Shown here piece after piece: positions 1-13,536 of a DNA stretch of 64,000 nucleotides. The DNA comes from Tubulanus polymorphus. Its lineage: Eukaryota > Animalia > Nemertea. Location of the stretch: NCBI RefSeq assembly GCF_964204645.1, contig NC_134026.1:8145950-8209949 (forward strand), read 5' to 3'. The notes beneath the pieces are model-generated. The model searched no databases. It was not told the origin of the DNA and saw nothing but the letters and a program-made list of their open reading frames with translations. Both the position numbers and the translations under genes were made by a program. Each line of letters starts with the position of its first letter. Positions within the stretch are counted from its first letter, which is position 1.

Positions 1-19
1 TGTTATGAGGTCGGAGCTA

Positions 20-569
20 ATGAGAGTGGAGTCTACTGTCTGTCTGAGTACTGACTGTCTGAGAGTGTACTGACTGCCTGAGAGTGTACGGACTGTGTGA
101 GAGTGTACTGACTCTCTGAGAGTGTACTGACTGTCTGAGAGTGTACTGACTGTCTGAGAGTGTACTGACTGTCTGAGAGTGTACTGACTGTATGAGAGTG
201 TACTGACTGCCTGAGAGTGTACGGACTGTATGAGAGTGTGCTGACTGTCTGAGAGTGTACGGACTGTGTGAGAGTGTGCTGACTGTGTGCGAGTGTCTTG
301 ACTGCCTGAGTGTGTACTGACTGTCTGAGTGTGTACTAACTGTTTGAGAGTGTGCTGACTGTCTGAGAGTGCACTGACTACTGACTGTCTGAGTGTGTAC
401 TGACTGTGTGAGAGTGTACTGACTGCGTGAGAGTGCACTGACTGTGTGAGAGTGTCTGGCAATGTGAGAGTGTACTGACTGTGTGAGAGTGTCTGGCAAT
501 GTGAGAGTGTACTGACTGTGTGAGAGTGTCTGGCAATGTGAGAGTGTACTGACTGTGTGAGAGTGTACT
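20..569. repeat. Minisatellite, ~18-20 bp unit (GAGAGTGTACTGACTGTCT)
   Basis: Many degenerate tandem copies are directly visible; they account for the repetitive 160-aa ORF at 17..499. Confidence 0.95.
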
Positions 570-751
570 AGTGTTGCGACAATGAGTTTTATTCCTTACA
601 CTACGTGCTTGGACATCTCATCTTAGTTCAAACAAAAAAGAATTCATTGTTTCTCATCACTGCCCGCGTCAAGAAAACGTTTTGCAAAGTTATGGTCGAA
701 AATGTGATAGGGGTGATCTCGCTTGCGTCTTTGGATGATTATCTTTATATC

Positions 752-983
752 ACCCGAAGGTAACTCAATGCCAAAGAGGACATTTGAAGGAGGACCCGAA
801 GCCAAAAGTCACTAAACCCACCCAATAATTGAGTCGGCCGACGATATAGCAGTCGCCGTGAGCGGCCACACGACCGACTTTTTCGGGCGATTTACAAAAA
901 TTCACTCGCGGCGATCGGGCGAAAAAATACGTCCCTAGCTTAATGGTGGAGACTGGACCCAATTTACGCGATTACCTTCGGGT
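752..983. mobile_element. Putative MITE with 12-bp terminal inverted repeats
   Basis: ACCCGAAGGTAA at 752 and its reverse complement TTACCTTCGGGT at 972-983; GC-richer interior; no clear TSD. Confidence 0.4.
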
Positions 984-2254
984 CATGCAAACTTCGCCCA
1001 TTGCCTAATTAGCAACTCGAGGAAATCGTCATCAAGGGTGGGTGCTTTTGTTCGGTACTGGATGAAAAACCAAGAAAATCCAAATCAAGATTTTCTCAGC
1101 AGTCTTTGACTATTCAACAAAGTATTCCGAATAAAAATTCTTCATTTAGTGAGACAAATTGCATTCGGTCCTTACTTCGGGCTCATATGAGAAGTGCTTA
1201 CATAAATGCTGATAGACTCTCGACCGTGGGGGTATCACCATCCTCATGGCTGTCGTCGCAAGAAGAATCTTCCTCCGACGAACTGCACGAAGATTTTGAA
1301 CTAAAGACAAGAAAATGCTCGTCTGACGATGTGAACGAACGGAACTTCTTTTTTCTTCCTCCTTGAGGATGATTTAGAATGAGAGACTCCTTAATTTACA
1401 TTCTTGTCCTTTTTGACCGCAAATAAATCAAGGACTGTTTCTGCTTTTTGGTAGGCCCTATGCCTGGCCCTTGGCGCTGAGATTGGTGCCCTGACGACGT
1501 TGATGCCGACTGGCCCAATCCGGACCAAATGTAGTCCCTGGTGAAGTCGCTGCCGGGTTGCAGTGGTCCCCGGTTTCGAATGCAACCTCAGGCTCGTACA
1601 CCGAGTCTGAGCTGCATCACGTCGGAAACACGATAAAATGAACACCTGAATCTAGTGTTCACTAGTCAAATAGATAAATGGATTGAAAACGATTAAATTG
1701 GTTGTTAAAAACAACTAATAAATTGCGAAATTTTCGATCGCCGGCTTTACCCACGGAAGCGTCGCGGTGTTGAATTCGGCCGGCGCGTAGGCTACAGGTA
1801 GTGCGGTCGGGTAATTTCTGATAGCGCCCTGGCTCAAACCATGGAATTGGTATCATTACCCCGGCCAACCGTTACTCTAACCATTTAGCAGTCTTCGTCT
1901 CTCGCGTCACGGCGGAGACTGGGAGATATCCGCCGGACTAGTCCCCGACCGGAGAGGCGAGAGACCCGAAGTTATTCCTGGGTGAAACGCGATTAGCTTC
2001 CATGAGTCGAACACTCAGACCGCTCGCCCAGTTATCATACTTATGCGATGATTGAAATGAAATCTCGAAGAGAAGGGTTCCCGGACAATCCACAACGGGT
2101 CGGGCTTGATAGTACAATGTACTTTAATGAACGAGTACCGGACGATGGGTCCGGCCAGTATGTCAATATAGTTACAGCTACATAGAAACTTAATAACGAT
2201 GCATTGAATTGATGATTTTTATTGAAGGAATCGGCTGCTGTATTCAGTTTTGTG

Positions 2255-3587
<1,333 letters not shown>

Positions 3588-3801
3588 AACTATTAAGTGG
3601 ATAGAGTGGATGTAGTCTAAGAGTGGATGATACTTAAACTCGGTGGATGCAGTCAAACTGTGGATATCTAAAACTGGATTGATATCGTGAGACGGTGCGG
3701 AAGTCTAGGTGGATTAAGTTAAATTGCCTCAATTATCAGAAATAAATAACAAAATAGAATTTAATTTAGCTCAGTTTTTATTGGCTGACAGTGATAGATA
3801 G

Positions 3802-5453
3802 TTATTTCGCATCTTCTTCAAACTGCTTTTGAATATCTTCTGGTATTTCCACTTCCTGCAGGTTGCTATGCTCCTCGCTGGGCTCATCTCCGATCAATAT
3901 TTGTATTAAATCGTGTATTGATTTTTTAATTGATTCATCCGTTTCCCAATTATCTAAATCTCTTACGATCACGTATGTATTTTTACTCTTTATGAATTGA
4001 CGAGCTGGTTTAGTGGCGCACATCTGAAATATATTGAAAAACACTGGTTACTCAGTACAAATGTAACTGGATCAAGTTTGAGAATGCTTGAGTTTGACAG
4101 TTCGGATTCATTCAGTTCCATAGTTCAGGATCCAGTTTCATAGGTCTGGATCCTGTTCCACAGTGTAGAGGGTACAACTCAGCACTTCTAAACCAAGTTC
4201 AACAGTTCTGGACCAAGTTCTAGAGTTTTGGATCCAGTTCCAGGATCCTGTTCCACAGTTCTGGATACAGCTCCGTACTTCTGGACCAAGTTCCACAATT
4301 CAGGTTCCGGTTCTTCAGTTCTGGATCCAGATCATCCAGTTGTACCCTAGCAGCAAGAGGGGGATGGATGATTTACCTTAAGTATCGCTTCTATTAGTAA
4401 AAGTCTAAGTTCTAATTCTGGTTCCCTTTGTTTCTCAGGAGGCAAATATTGTAAATCTAGAGGTAATCGATCCATGTCGTCCTCGTCATATTCTTCACCT
4501 CCAGCCAGAGGTAATAATAGATATGGTAAAATGTCTACTTTCTCACTCAGCAGCCACTCGTGATAATCTACAAATATAGAAAAACGTAAATATCTTTCAA
4601 AGTCTGTACACTACTCAGCTCAGACCCTAGTGAACCCTTCTTTCTAGGCCCTGTTTTATCCCCTTGTTACCTGGAACCACCGCCAATTCATTCCCTACTC
4701 CCATGGAGTTTGAAGCCTGAACAATTCTAGAAGAATTATGTCCATGTTGAGGTGGAGGGGCAGGTTTTATAGTGTGATCTAGTTCTCACCTATCTCGAAG
4801 CAGCAGTTTTTAATTAGTGTTATCGCTCCTCTTCGTCGGATTTTCGAATCCAAGAAACTAATAAACACCAGAATCCTCTGTATCACACATCTCTCTTCGT
4901 CCAATATATATTTACGAGTTTCTTTGATTTGAGTTAAATTCGCTAAAATGCAGCCCAAATAATCCAAACTTTCTCCTTTCGAATTGTAGCCTTTCGTACA
5001 AAAAGCGTTGATGATTTTATCGAAGCCGATCGAATCTGAATTTTCGTCGACAATTTTAAACACTTTAGCGGCGCATTTCTCGAAACGGGTGACGTTTGAG
5101 AGTAGTTTACACGCGAGATCCGAATCGCTACTCTCCGAATCCAGAGCTACGCGAAACAATCGCATAATTAAATCGCTGGAATTCTGTAACTGTAGAATTT
5201 TCCACGAAACGGAATCGACGGCGCTGAGATTGATCAGAGTCTTATAGGCGTACTTCACAAACGAAGGCTGATCGTCTTCTAAGCAGCAGTGAAATATCGC
5301 GTTTAAACTCGGTTCGTTTCGAGACAGAGTTTGAATTCCTTCATTCGTATCAGTCATATCCAAAACACATTGTATCGTGATTCCTCTCAATTCCGGACGA
5401 TCTTTATTCGTTAATAAATTAACGAACTCCTCGTCTAATTTCACTGTATTCAT
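3802..5453 (-). CDS. HGH1: Protein HGH1 homolog (FAM203, eEF2 chaperone); 3 exons 5453-4790, 4567-4377, 4023-3802
   Basis: ARM-like N-terminus with LLSNVTR, LDYLGCILANLTQ and IRRRGAITLIKNCCFE; exon 2 HEWLLSEKVDILPYLLLPLAGGEEYDEDDMDRLPLDLQYLP; C-terminal LIQILIGDEP...NLQEVEIP. GT-AG introns are in phase. Confidence 0.93.
4060..4340. repeat. Degenerate ~20-bp tandem repeat (GGATCCAGTTCCACAGTTCT) in HGH1 intron 2
   Basis: Recurrent CTGGATCC/CAGTTC units are visible. Confidence 0.7.
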
Positions 5454-6587
5454 ACTGAAATATAGAAAAACAGCCCGCAATACGTTAATATCGGCACCGT
5501 AACGTGCTGCCCCCTACCCGGAGATTCAGAAATGAAGTCGAACATGGTAGGCGAAGATTAAATGATTCAAGGCCGTGAATTAAACATGATACGGGCCGAT
5601 TATAATAAGTACACACCTTGATAATGTTCTGATATCAGTGCAACATCGAATCTTATTTCTAAATCTGTTTATTCGCGTAAAGTTTATTGTTTTCCACACG
5701 TGCCAGAAAGGAATAAACCGGAAATGGGTGGCCGGACGGAGCACTCCGTGATGGATAACTCCTAGATGAAGCGGCGAGGCTGCCTCCGTTTTCTTTGACA
5801 TCAGAAAAGTTCAGTAACACAAACTAAATTTAGTTTGTTTTTTTTCAAATTTTTGGTTGATATTAATAAAACACATATAGGTGGTTGGTGTATGATTTTT
5901 CGCTTCTATCATTAGATATGAGTCGCGTGATTTAGGTATGATTATGACGCACAGGATACGATAGATGGCGAGCTAGTAGTTTAAGTCTCAGCGAATTGAG
6001 TAGCAGAACCCCGAAATAATTTAACGAATTTTGAAAAAAAGTTTTAACCAGCTTTCTCTCTTGAGTCAGTTCACAGTTCACAAAATTCAATTCGATAAGC
6101 GTTCATTATTGCTTGTTTTGGAGGTCAGTACGTACGCCTACGGAAGCCCGTCGGGGAGGGGAGCTGAAAATCCGTACAAAAAGTGCGTCACGACGAAACG
6201 TTCCCAGGAATTCCCCTCTCTCGGTCTTTCACTTCGTCGACCACGGTATATCGTACCCGGAACACTGAATGCTGGCCCTACGGGACGAGCATTCTCTTTG
6301 GGATAGTTGCTTTTGGGAGGGGGGGTTCACTTCTGGTATACGCAAGGGGCGATAAATGATGTAGACCTACTGAGAGCGTGGGGAGGGGGATTAATACCCG
6401 AAAGTCGAGCGCGTGCTTAATGTACGCGGCTCCTTTCCTCAGGCACACAGGTGATCGAGGGCCACCCGGTCCCCCACCTTCCCTGAGTTAGTTACCACCT
6501 ACAAGCCCTTCAGAGGCCCCCGGGGATGCCAAGCGTCCCTCTCCAGAGTTCGTCACAATATTTTGTTAGTAAAAATACGTTATGTTA

Positions 6588-7212
6588 GGCCCTTCAAAGT
6601 TGATTACCTTGTTTCTCATCCAAATCTCTTGACGAGGGCGGGCGAATTTTTTTGTTGAAATAAAAAAGGGGAAATATACTCGTATTTTCATATTTTCCAA
6701 GATGACGAGGGCGGGAGGTTTTTCTTTTCAAATCCAAAAATTATTCACTGTGTAATACTTATATATGTATATAGTTTTTCAGAGTCTTGATTCATAGAAA
6801 GTGGGCAGCACCATAATCATTTGCTTATTTTCTTTATCTAAAACATCTAAACTACACAATTTCAAATAAATGCAGTCTAAAATGGCATATATAATCTCCA
6901 GGGTCACATGCCCAATCATCATGTGAATGGTTGGGAATGCCATTCTTATTATCATATCTAAACTTTGAATCGACCAATATGTCCAATAAGTGCATTACTA
7001 ATACACAATACTAATTATCGATAAAAGCGAAATGCATAAAAAGATCACCATACAACGCGTGAGGTGTTTTTATTTAAAAGAAAAGAGCCGACTGAAAACA
7101 ATCTGACGCGGCCGTTTCGGACTTAGTTTTGTCTTTTTATTTTGTGGCTTTCGGGAGTGACGCGGGCGGCTTTGCGATTTGATGAGAAACAAGGTATCAA
7201 CTTTCATGAGCC
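6588..7212. mobile_element. PIF/Harbinger-like (Tourist-type) MITE
   Basis: TIR GGCCCTTCAAAGTTGATTACCTTGTTTCTCATC matches the reverse complement of GATGAGAAACAAGGTATCAACTTTCATGAGCC; internal GACGAGGGCGGG motifs; related to the 47187-47814 element. Confidence 0.7.
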
Positions 7213-7310
7213 TTTATTGTTACTGTTGTTCACTTTCTTAGAGTCCCAGCTGGTTGTCTGAGCTGGTGTTATATCTTGTAGAGAGGTATGTATGTAAATA
7301 TAATCATGAT

Positions 7311-7975
7311 CATCTTCACCCGTCAAGGGATTCGAACCCACTACGCTAAAGCTGTTCCCCGAACCCCTTGACCTCACGAGTCGTTGGAGTCGTTACTAGC
7401 CGACCAGAATCCGGTCGTACCAACCAGCGCTTGTAACAAACCGTCAGTAGACATCTGTTGGTTTTCCCGTTAAATCAACCAATCAGCGAACGTTTTACCG
7501 AACAAGGAAGTATTTCGCAAATCGATATATGACGTCACGCGCAACAGCGCCAGTAATGAAATCACGCTTCGTGAGGCCAGGGGGCTGGTGGAAGCGAGTT
7601 CGGGAGTGATACCGGACCCCTGGCAAGCGAGGATGAATCATGATTGCATTGTTCGATCTCTATATCTAGTCTTGTTGAGAATGTTCTTTTTTCATGGTAA
7701 CCGACGATATGTATACGCGCGTGTTGTTTTCATTTTATGACATAAATCAAAACCAATATCAACCCTATTCCGCATCATCATTAGTTCGTCTGAAAGACCA
7801 TATGCATCTTTTGGCAGAAGATGGAAACTCAAATATGATACTGTTTGTGAATGGCCACATCACACCTGACTGACCACCACACTTACCCATCTTCACCCGT
7901 CAAGGGATTCGAACCCACTACGCTAAAGCTGTTCCCCGGGCTGGTGGAAGCGAGTTCGGGGAGCGATATCGGACT
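7311..7975 (-). repeat. Two copies of a tRNA-B-box-containing (SINE-like) repeat, the first interrupted by a ~220-bp TIR element
   Basis: CATCTTCACCCGTCAAGGGATTCGAACCCACTACGCTAAAGCTGTTCCCC occurs at 7311 and 7889 (minus strand has the GGTTCGAATCCC B-box). The continuation GGGCTGGTGGAAGCGAGTTCGGG follows directly in copy 2, but only after the insert CCCCTTGACCTCACGAG...CTTCGTGAGGCCAGGGG in copy 1. Confidence 0.55.
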
Positions 7976-8423
7976 TCTGGCAAAAAGGCTGACCAGGCAA
8001 ACTTACGGACTCCGTCAATTACTACTGATCTATTGTCTAAAATCTAGCAGCAGCTGCTGGCATCCTGGACCCGGTTTGAGTCCTGGCTAGGGTTACGGGG
8101 ACTTAAGGTCATGGGACTTAAGATTTTCCCCATTTTGAGGATCGAATAGAAATATCGGGTTTTGCTTTCTGACCTTGGAGCGCGTATGTACGTTTCGGAC
8201 GTATTTCGATGGTTTGATGGAAGAGATATCGAAGGAGACCCTTCTACACTTCGCCGCGCTAGTGTGAGATATTGATTTGCACGCAAAGAAAGGAATGCTA
8301 TAACTCGAATATTCCCGACACCGGCAGCATAGCGCATGTTGTATAAATTTCTACCCCCCCCCCCCCATTCTATCTCTATTTGCCTCTGACGGATGTAATT
8401 GTGGGAGAGAGACGAAATATTCT

Positions 8424-8712
8424 AGTAATAATACAGTACCATAGGGCGCTACAGGGAGGACGGCTACAGGGTCCATGTTGCCTTGATATATTGGGGGTTT
8501 CTACCACATATCGAGTAATAATACTTGGAATATAGTAGCATAGGGCAGGCTACAGGGAGGACGGCTACGGGGTCCATGTTGCCTTGATATATTGGGGGTT
8601 TCTACCACATATCGAGTAATAATACTTGGAATACAGTACCAGGGCAGGCTACAGGGAGGACGGCTACGGGGTCCATGTTGCCTTGATATATTGGGGGTTT
8701 CTACAGCATATC
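8424..8712. repeat. Tandem repeat, 3 copies of a ~90-100 bp unit
   Basis: GCTACAGGGAGGACGGCTACGGGGTCCATGTTGCCTTGATATATTGGGGGTTTCTAC is repeated three times. Confidence 0.92.
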
Positions 8713-10978
8713 GAACGTGGTAAGAATACACCAGACCTTCAGATCCGCCTCATAGGGATCGTATACATACCCAGCATGACCTCGCGAAATTCTATCACTT
8801 CGTGGGCCTGAACGTGCCACACACGTCTGTATATCACCTGTTGTACAGTTTATAAAATTTCATAAAAATCGGTCAATGATCTGATTGTGGAGGGGAGGTT
8901 GATGATGATGACCGTCCTTCACTCAAGGTAAAAAAAACATCAACCTCATTTTCGATCACAGTATGTGGTGTGTGATTATTAAACTAATCAAACAGTTACA
9001 TTTATCTGAAACAGACTATAAACACAGCTCATCTCTCGCTCTCTCTGACGTCACTCAAACAAAATCGATTAAAGTTGAAGCGCTCTTTATCAACCGGAAC
9101 CGGAAACTGACGATCCATCACAGTAGAACGTGGCGAATTTCGCTCTCAGATAACATTGAAAACAAAAACTCAATTCGATATTTAAATTAATGATGATGTG
9201 GTTTTTTATTTACAAATCCGAGAAACTTTCAGCTTCCAAAGTACGAGACGAACCCGAAATCATTTAAACGTGTTTCCTTGGACACATCGTTAATTCGTAA
9301 CCATAATAACCCGTTACAATACACGTTACTATGGTTACAACGGATTTTACTACATTATTAGAGTCTGTTCTATAAATTCTGTTACAACAAAATAAAATCA
9401 AAACACAATAAAATATGATTGAATTTTAAACTATTCGACAACAAACATAAATTTGACAACAATTGTAGATAGGTCACGTGATGTATTAATATAATTATAT
9501 ATTCATATCTAAAAGGGGATTTCCACCAATCACAATCCGTGTTACATTCATATAATTTATTTGAATAATTACCATTTTTATCTAATGTTATTTTATGTTA
9601 TTTTCAAGCGAATTTTAAGCGATATCTTAAATGCGTTTTAAAAATTATTTACAAATCCCCTTTTAGTTGTTTCTATACTTTTTTTTACATTAATCTAATA
9701 CCCGAAATGAATGAAATATTTCAGCTTATATGTTATTAATTCTGGTTTCCAAAAATTATAAAAATATTTGAAGCACCGGATTTAAAAACGAATTCACGAA
9801 GAATTACAATGTGTATGAATTTAATATTTCGAGTTTTTGAGCAGCTAGTTTCGAATATACATTATATACACAATATCAGCGGAGAAACAGGAGCCACGAG
9901 GAGCTGAGCAGGAGCTTCATGTGGATCGAGCCAGGCTGACTCGTGAGGAGCCACGATGAGCTGAACGAGGAGACGAGGAGCCCGACCGACTCGTCAGGAG
10001 CCTCACAGTTCAAACACTGCGCAACATCAAACACTTTCATAAATATTTATTCTAAGATGCAATTTTCAATGTTTGCCAGAGATGAAATTATCTCTCACTC
10101 GCCGCTCTTAGATTCTTGGCAACAGCAACAGTAAAAAAACAAAAGTTTCCGGTGGTTCTCACAGCTCCCGGTGACTCTCCAACCCTAACCCTTACACAAA
10201 CCAGAAACACATATGTATATATATCACATGTGTTCGTTATGCTATAAGCTGAATTTTATAATAAAAAACTACTCAAAATAACAACAAACTGTCGATTAAT
10301 TTACATGATTTTTATCAATGGAATTAAAACAGAAAAAACCGTGGATGAAGTGAGCCCTGGTTATCGAGTATAAACACCTGTCTACCCTACTGTAGCATGG
10401 TATAATCGACAGACTGAAGATTTAAATATCCTCGCGAATCGATATCAACCAACAACCAAATCACTGTACAAGACGGTTACCATGGTAACTGAGATAATGC
10501 AGATTCGTGGTAACGGAGTGATGGATAGTGGTGGAAACTAACTGCTGCTACTGCAGCTGAATTCGCCAACTTCTCGTTTCATATTGCTTGTGATAATTTT
10601 TGTTAATAAATCAACATTTCAATAATAAGTGATAAGAGAAAAGGGGCGCCATTGAGTGGAGAAGGGCGCCGGGAGCGGGGCGTCTCTGAGCGGTAACTCT
10701 GTTTAATCGAGTCTTATACATTGTAATCGATCTGATGGAGGTGTTTTGTATAAACAGATTGATCCTCGCGTGCCGCAGCCGGTTTTAATCCATTGATGTA
10801 CTAGTAGGCCTAGGCCATTCGTCTAACAGATGTTACACACATCTATTACACATAGATTTGTATATCCGACTAGTGATATGTATGTATAATATCTGTCGGA
10901 CCCCTGGGGCCGGGACCCCCAGCAGTGTGATATACCCCACTCCAGCTAAGCTGATGATGCTTGACCAGTCACTGCCAG

Positions 10979-11009
<31 letters not shown>

Positions 11010-11179
11010 TTAGAGTCTTTGTGTCAAGTTGACAAAGAGACCGATGAGTCATCTTCCCTTCATCCCTCCCTAGATCCAGCTCAGAACTCTGATTATACGT
11101 GTGACTGGATTCCATTTAGCATTATTAAACCACCGACAGTTTAATACGCCTTAAATATCGCTATCTGATAAAAATAGCT

Positions 11180-11465
11180 AGGGGTATGGGGAAAGGGGAC
11201 CTAGGTCAGGGAGGGGAGGTGAAAGAGGAAGGGGTAAGGGGCAGGAGAGGTTAGCGAGGGGAGTGAGGTAGGGAGGGACGGGTTATAGGGAGGGGAGATA
11301 TAAGGAGGGGATATATGAGGTATAGGGAGGGTAGGGGAGGTATGAGACGGGGATTCGAGCTGGGCGGAGAGGTATAGGGAGTAGGGAGGGGAAGGTATAA
11401 GGAGGGGATGAGGTATAGCGAAAGGAGGGAGGTATAGGCATCGGGAGGTAGGTGTGTGAGGTATG
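11180..11465. repeat. Purine/G-rich low-complexity tract (GGTATAGGGAGG-like), potential G-quadruplex
   Basis: Strong strand asymmetry with many GGG runs. Confidence 0.7.
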
Positions 11466-13536
11466 TATATACAACTGTGGTTTAAACATCGGGCGAAAAA
11501 GCAATTAAGATTTGCATCAAAAGCGAAAGTTGAAGTAAGAGGAAAATTCAGCAAAGATGAGCGACGATAGATAGAGTTCACAGCAGCAACGGACCAGAAG
11601 TGGAGGTCACAGCCGCAGTGACCTCTAGTGACAATAAGCTAAAGATGAAAGACCACCACAGTTATACATGTATCAAACACACATTGAATTCATTCGTCAT
11701 TTCATTGGAATCAGTCACATGTTATTCTCAGAATCCTAGGCTGGCTGCCGCAGTCCCTCCTTAGACTAATATCCCCCCCTGGCACTCGCGTTACCGGCTG
11801 CGGGATATGCATGTTGTTAAAACTGTTATATCAATACATTGTTATTGGTTTTCAAACCGTACATTCAGTGATATTAGGAGAACAATGAAACCACAATGTA
11901 TAAAATCAATACATCGTTACTACTGCGCATAGTATCTCTCAACAACTCACTCCTCGGGTTAGCGTTAGTTAGCCTAATCCTCCTGATAGTAGTAGTACTA
12001 CCACTACCTCGCCGGGTAGTACTACAACTACTTGAGTCAATTTTCATGCTGTTACATGTATCATTATTATCATCGTTCTCAATCGTGTTAAATTTACAGA
12101 AATAAAAACAATAAAATATCAACGAATTTCTAAAACAACATCAATCACGATTGACGGAAACAAAAAACATGACGTCACTAACGAGATATTCTACGTAAGA
12201 AGACAATCGACATGCAACTCCTGCGCAGTGCCACCTGGCGGTGAGTTCAGTGTTAGACTTATAACTAAAGTTCTAAAAGCAAAAAACTTCCAAAGTTTTT
12301 CAAGACTGAAATAAAGCAGGGACAAAAACCAAAAGTGTCAACAGTGAATGTAAACACACAGAAAGAACAGGAGCGAAACAGAATGAAATGGGAGTGATTT
12401 AGATTGTTGTAACAGATACAAGAATTAGACAAACATTTATTCATTCCGTGGCTATACAGAACTAACTATACAGTCATCCAGAAGAATCTTCCAGATTCAT
12501 TTGTTTGTTTTATACGAAAATAGCACGTCATTAGAAAATCTCAGCTTACATCTCAATTTGAGATTTGTGAGAGTTTTACTCAAACCTGGATCACACTAAA
12601 CAGGGTAAAGATCGACGGCAGAGCCGCGTATTACACGCACGACCCCCTCGATGCTGACCGTCCCTGTTTAGAATGATTGGTGCTGCCTCGGGTTCAAACA
12701 CGAAAAATAACATGCTATAAATAAATATATATCATGATATATGAAAATGCGAAACAATGTACGTAGGCCTCTCACATTGTACCGGAAGGACCCTTATCCT
12801 GTATATTGTACCGGGGGACCCTTATCCGGTACAATGTAGAAGGGATTAAGTGAAGAGTAAATGTCGCTACTCTAGACTTAAGTTTAAAGCGACCCCTGCC
12901 CAAAGCGGGTTTATAAGCCTACACTGTAATCGATCGATAGACACGCCACCTATACGTAAATATAGACGGCGTGGTGGGCACGGGAGGAGTTGCCATGACG
13001 ACGTCGTACATTATTGGTTTGGTTTAACAGATTATTTTTACATTCATTTTTATCATTAATTTCTACATTAATTTAAAACACGAAATTACAGAAAAAAACC
13101 CGAACCTTTTACTGAATTATCGTTACAGAAGACGAACAACCTCTCGCGAGAAAATCCGTGACTAGAATGCGCAGTTCCGGCAGCGATCAGAGACAGACAG
13201 ACAGACAGACAAAGCCGGTACATGTCCCTAAACCTCAAACTCCAGCCGCAACTCCTCCTAGCGGTTAATATCCAAACGAAAGTCAAACAATCGACGAAAT
13301 TATTCATGATTTATCAATCACCAAAAATAGTCCATCGCATCTTTACAAAGCTCGAACAATTTGCATTGTTTGATTTGGCTGGATGTGTCCGCGCGCGCAC
13401 GCACACGGTGTGCACACGTCCGAACGCACACGGTGCACATAGTTTCCAGTTTATAAAAATATATTCTATTCATAGAAAACAGCAATGATGAATGAGGCAG
13501 TCAGGCGTGCGGGCGGGCGGCAGTGTCAGGTGGAGT

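Noticed and set aside
17-499. 160-aa ORF of SQ/TV/HS repeats; array superficially CRISPR-like
   Set aside because: It is a translation of a minisatellite with no unique spacers, in a eukaryotic context without cas genes.
1100-1650. Coding-looking minus-strand segment with an acidic Ser-rich stretch
   Set aside because: Frames are broken by stops and no family was recognised; possibly decayed transposon sequence.
1935-2110. RNase MRP-like motifs on the plus strand (AGTCCCCG...GAGAG...CGGGCT)
   Set aside because: P4, P8 and P1 pairings are incomplete and GAAAG is missing; not supportable without a covariance model.
7311-7360. Possible tRNA gene (B-box GGTTCGAATCCC; also near 7889 and 21555)
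   Set aside because: No complete cloverleaf or A-box could be built; treated as a tRNA-derived repeat.
10181-10192. Telomere-like AACCCTAACCCT
   Set aside because: Only two units; consistent with chance.
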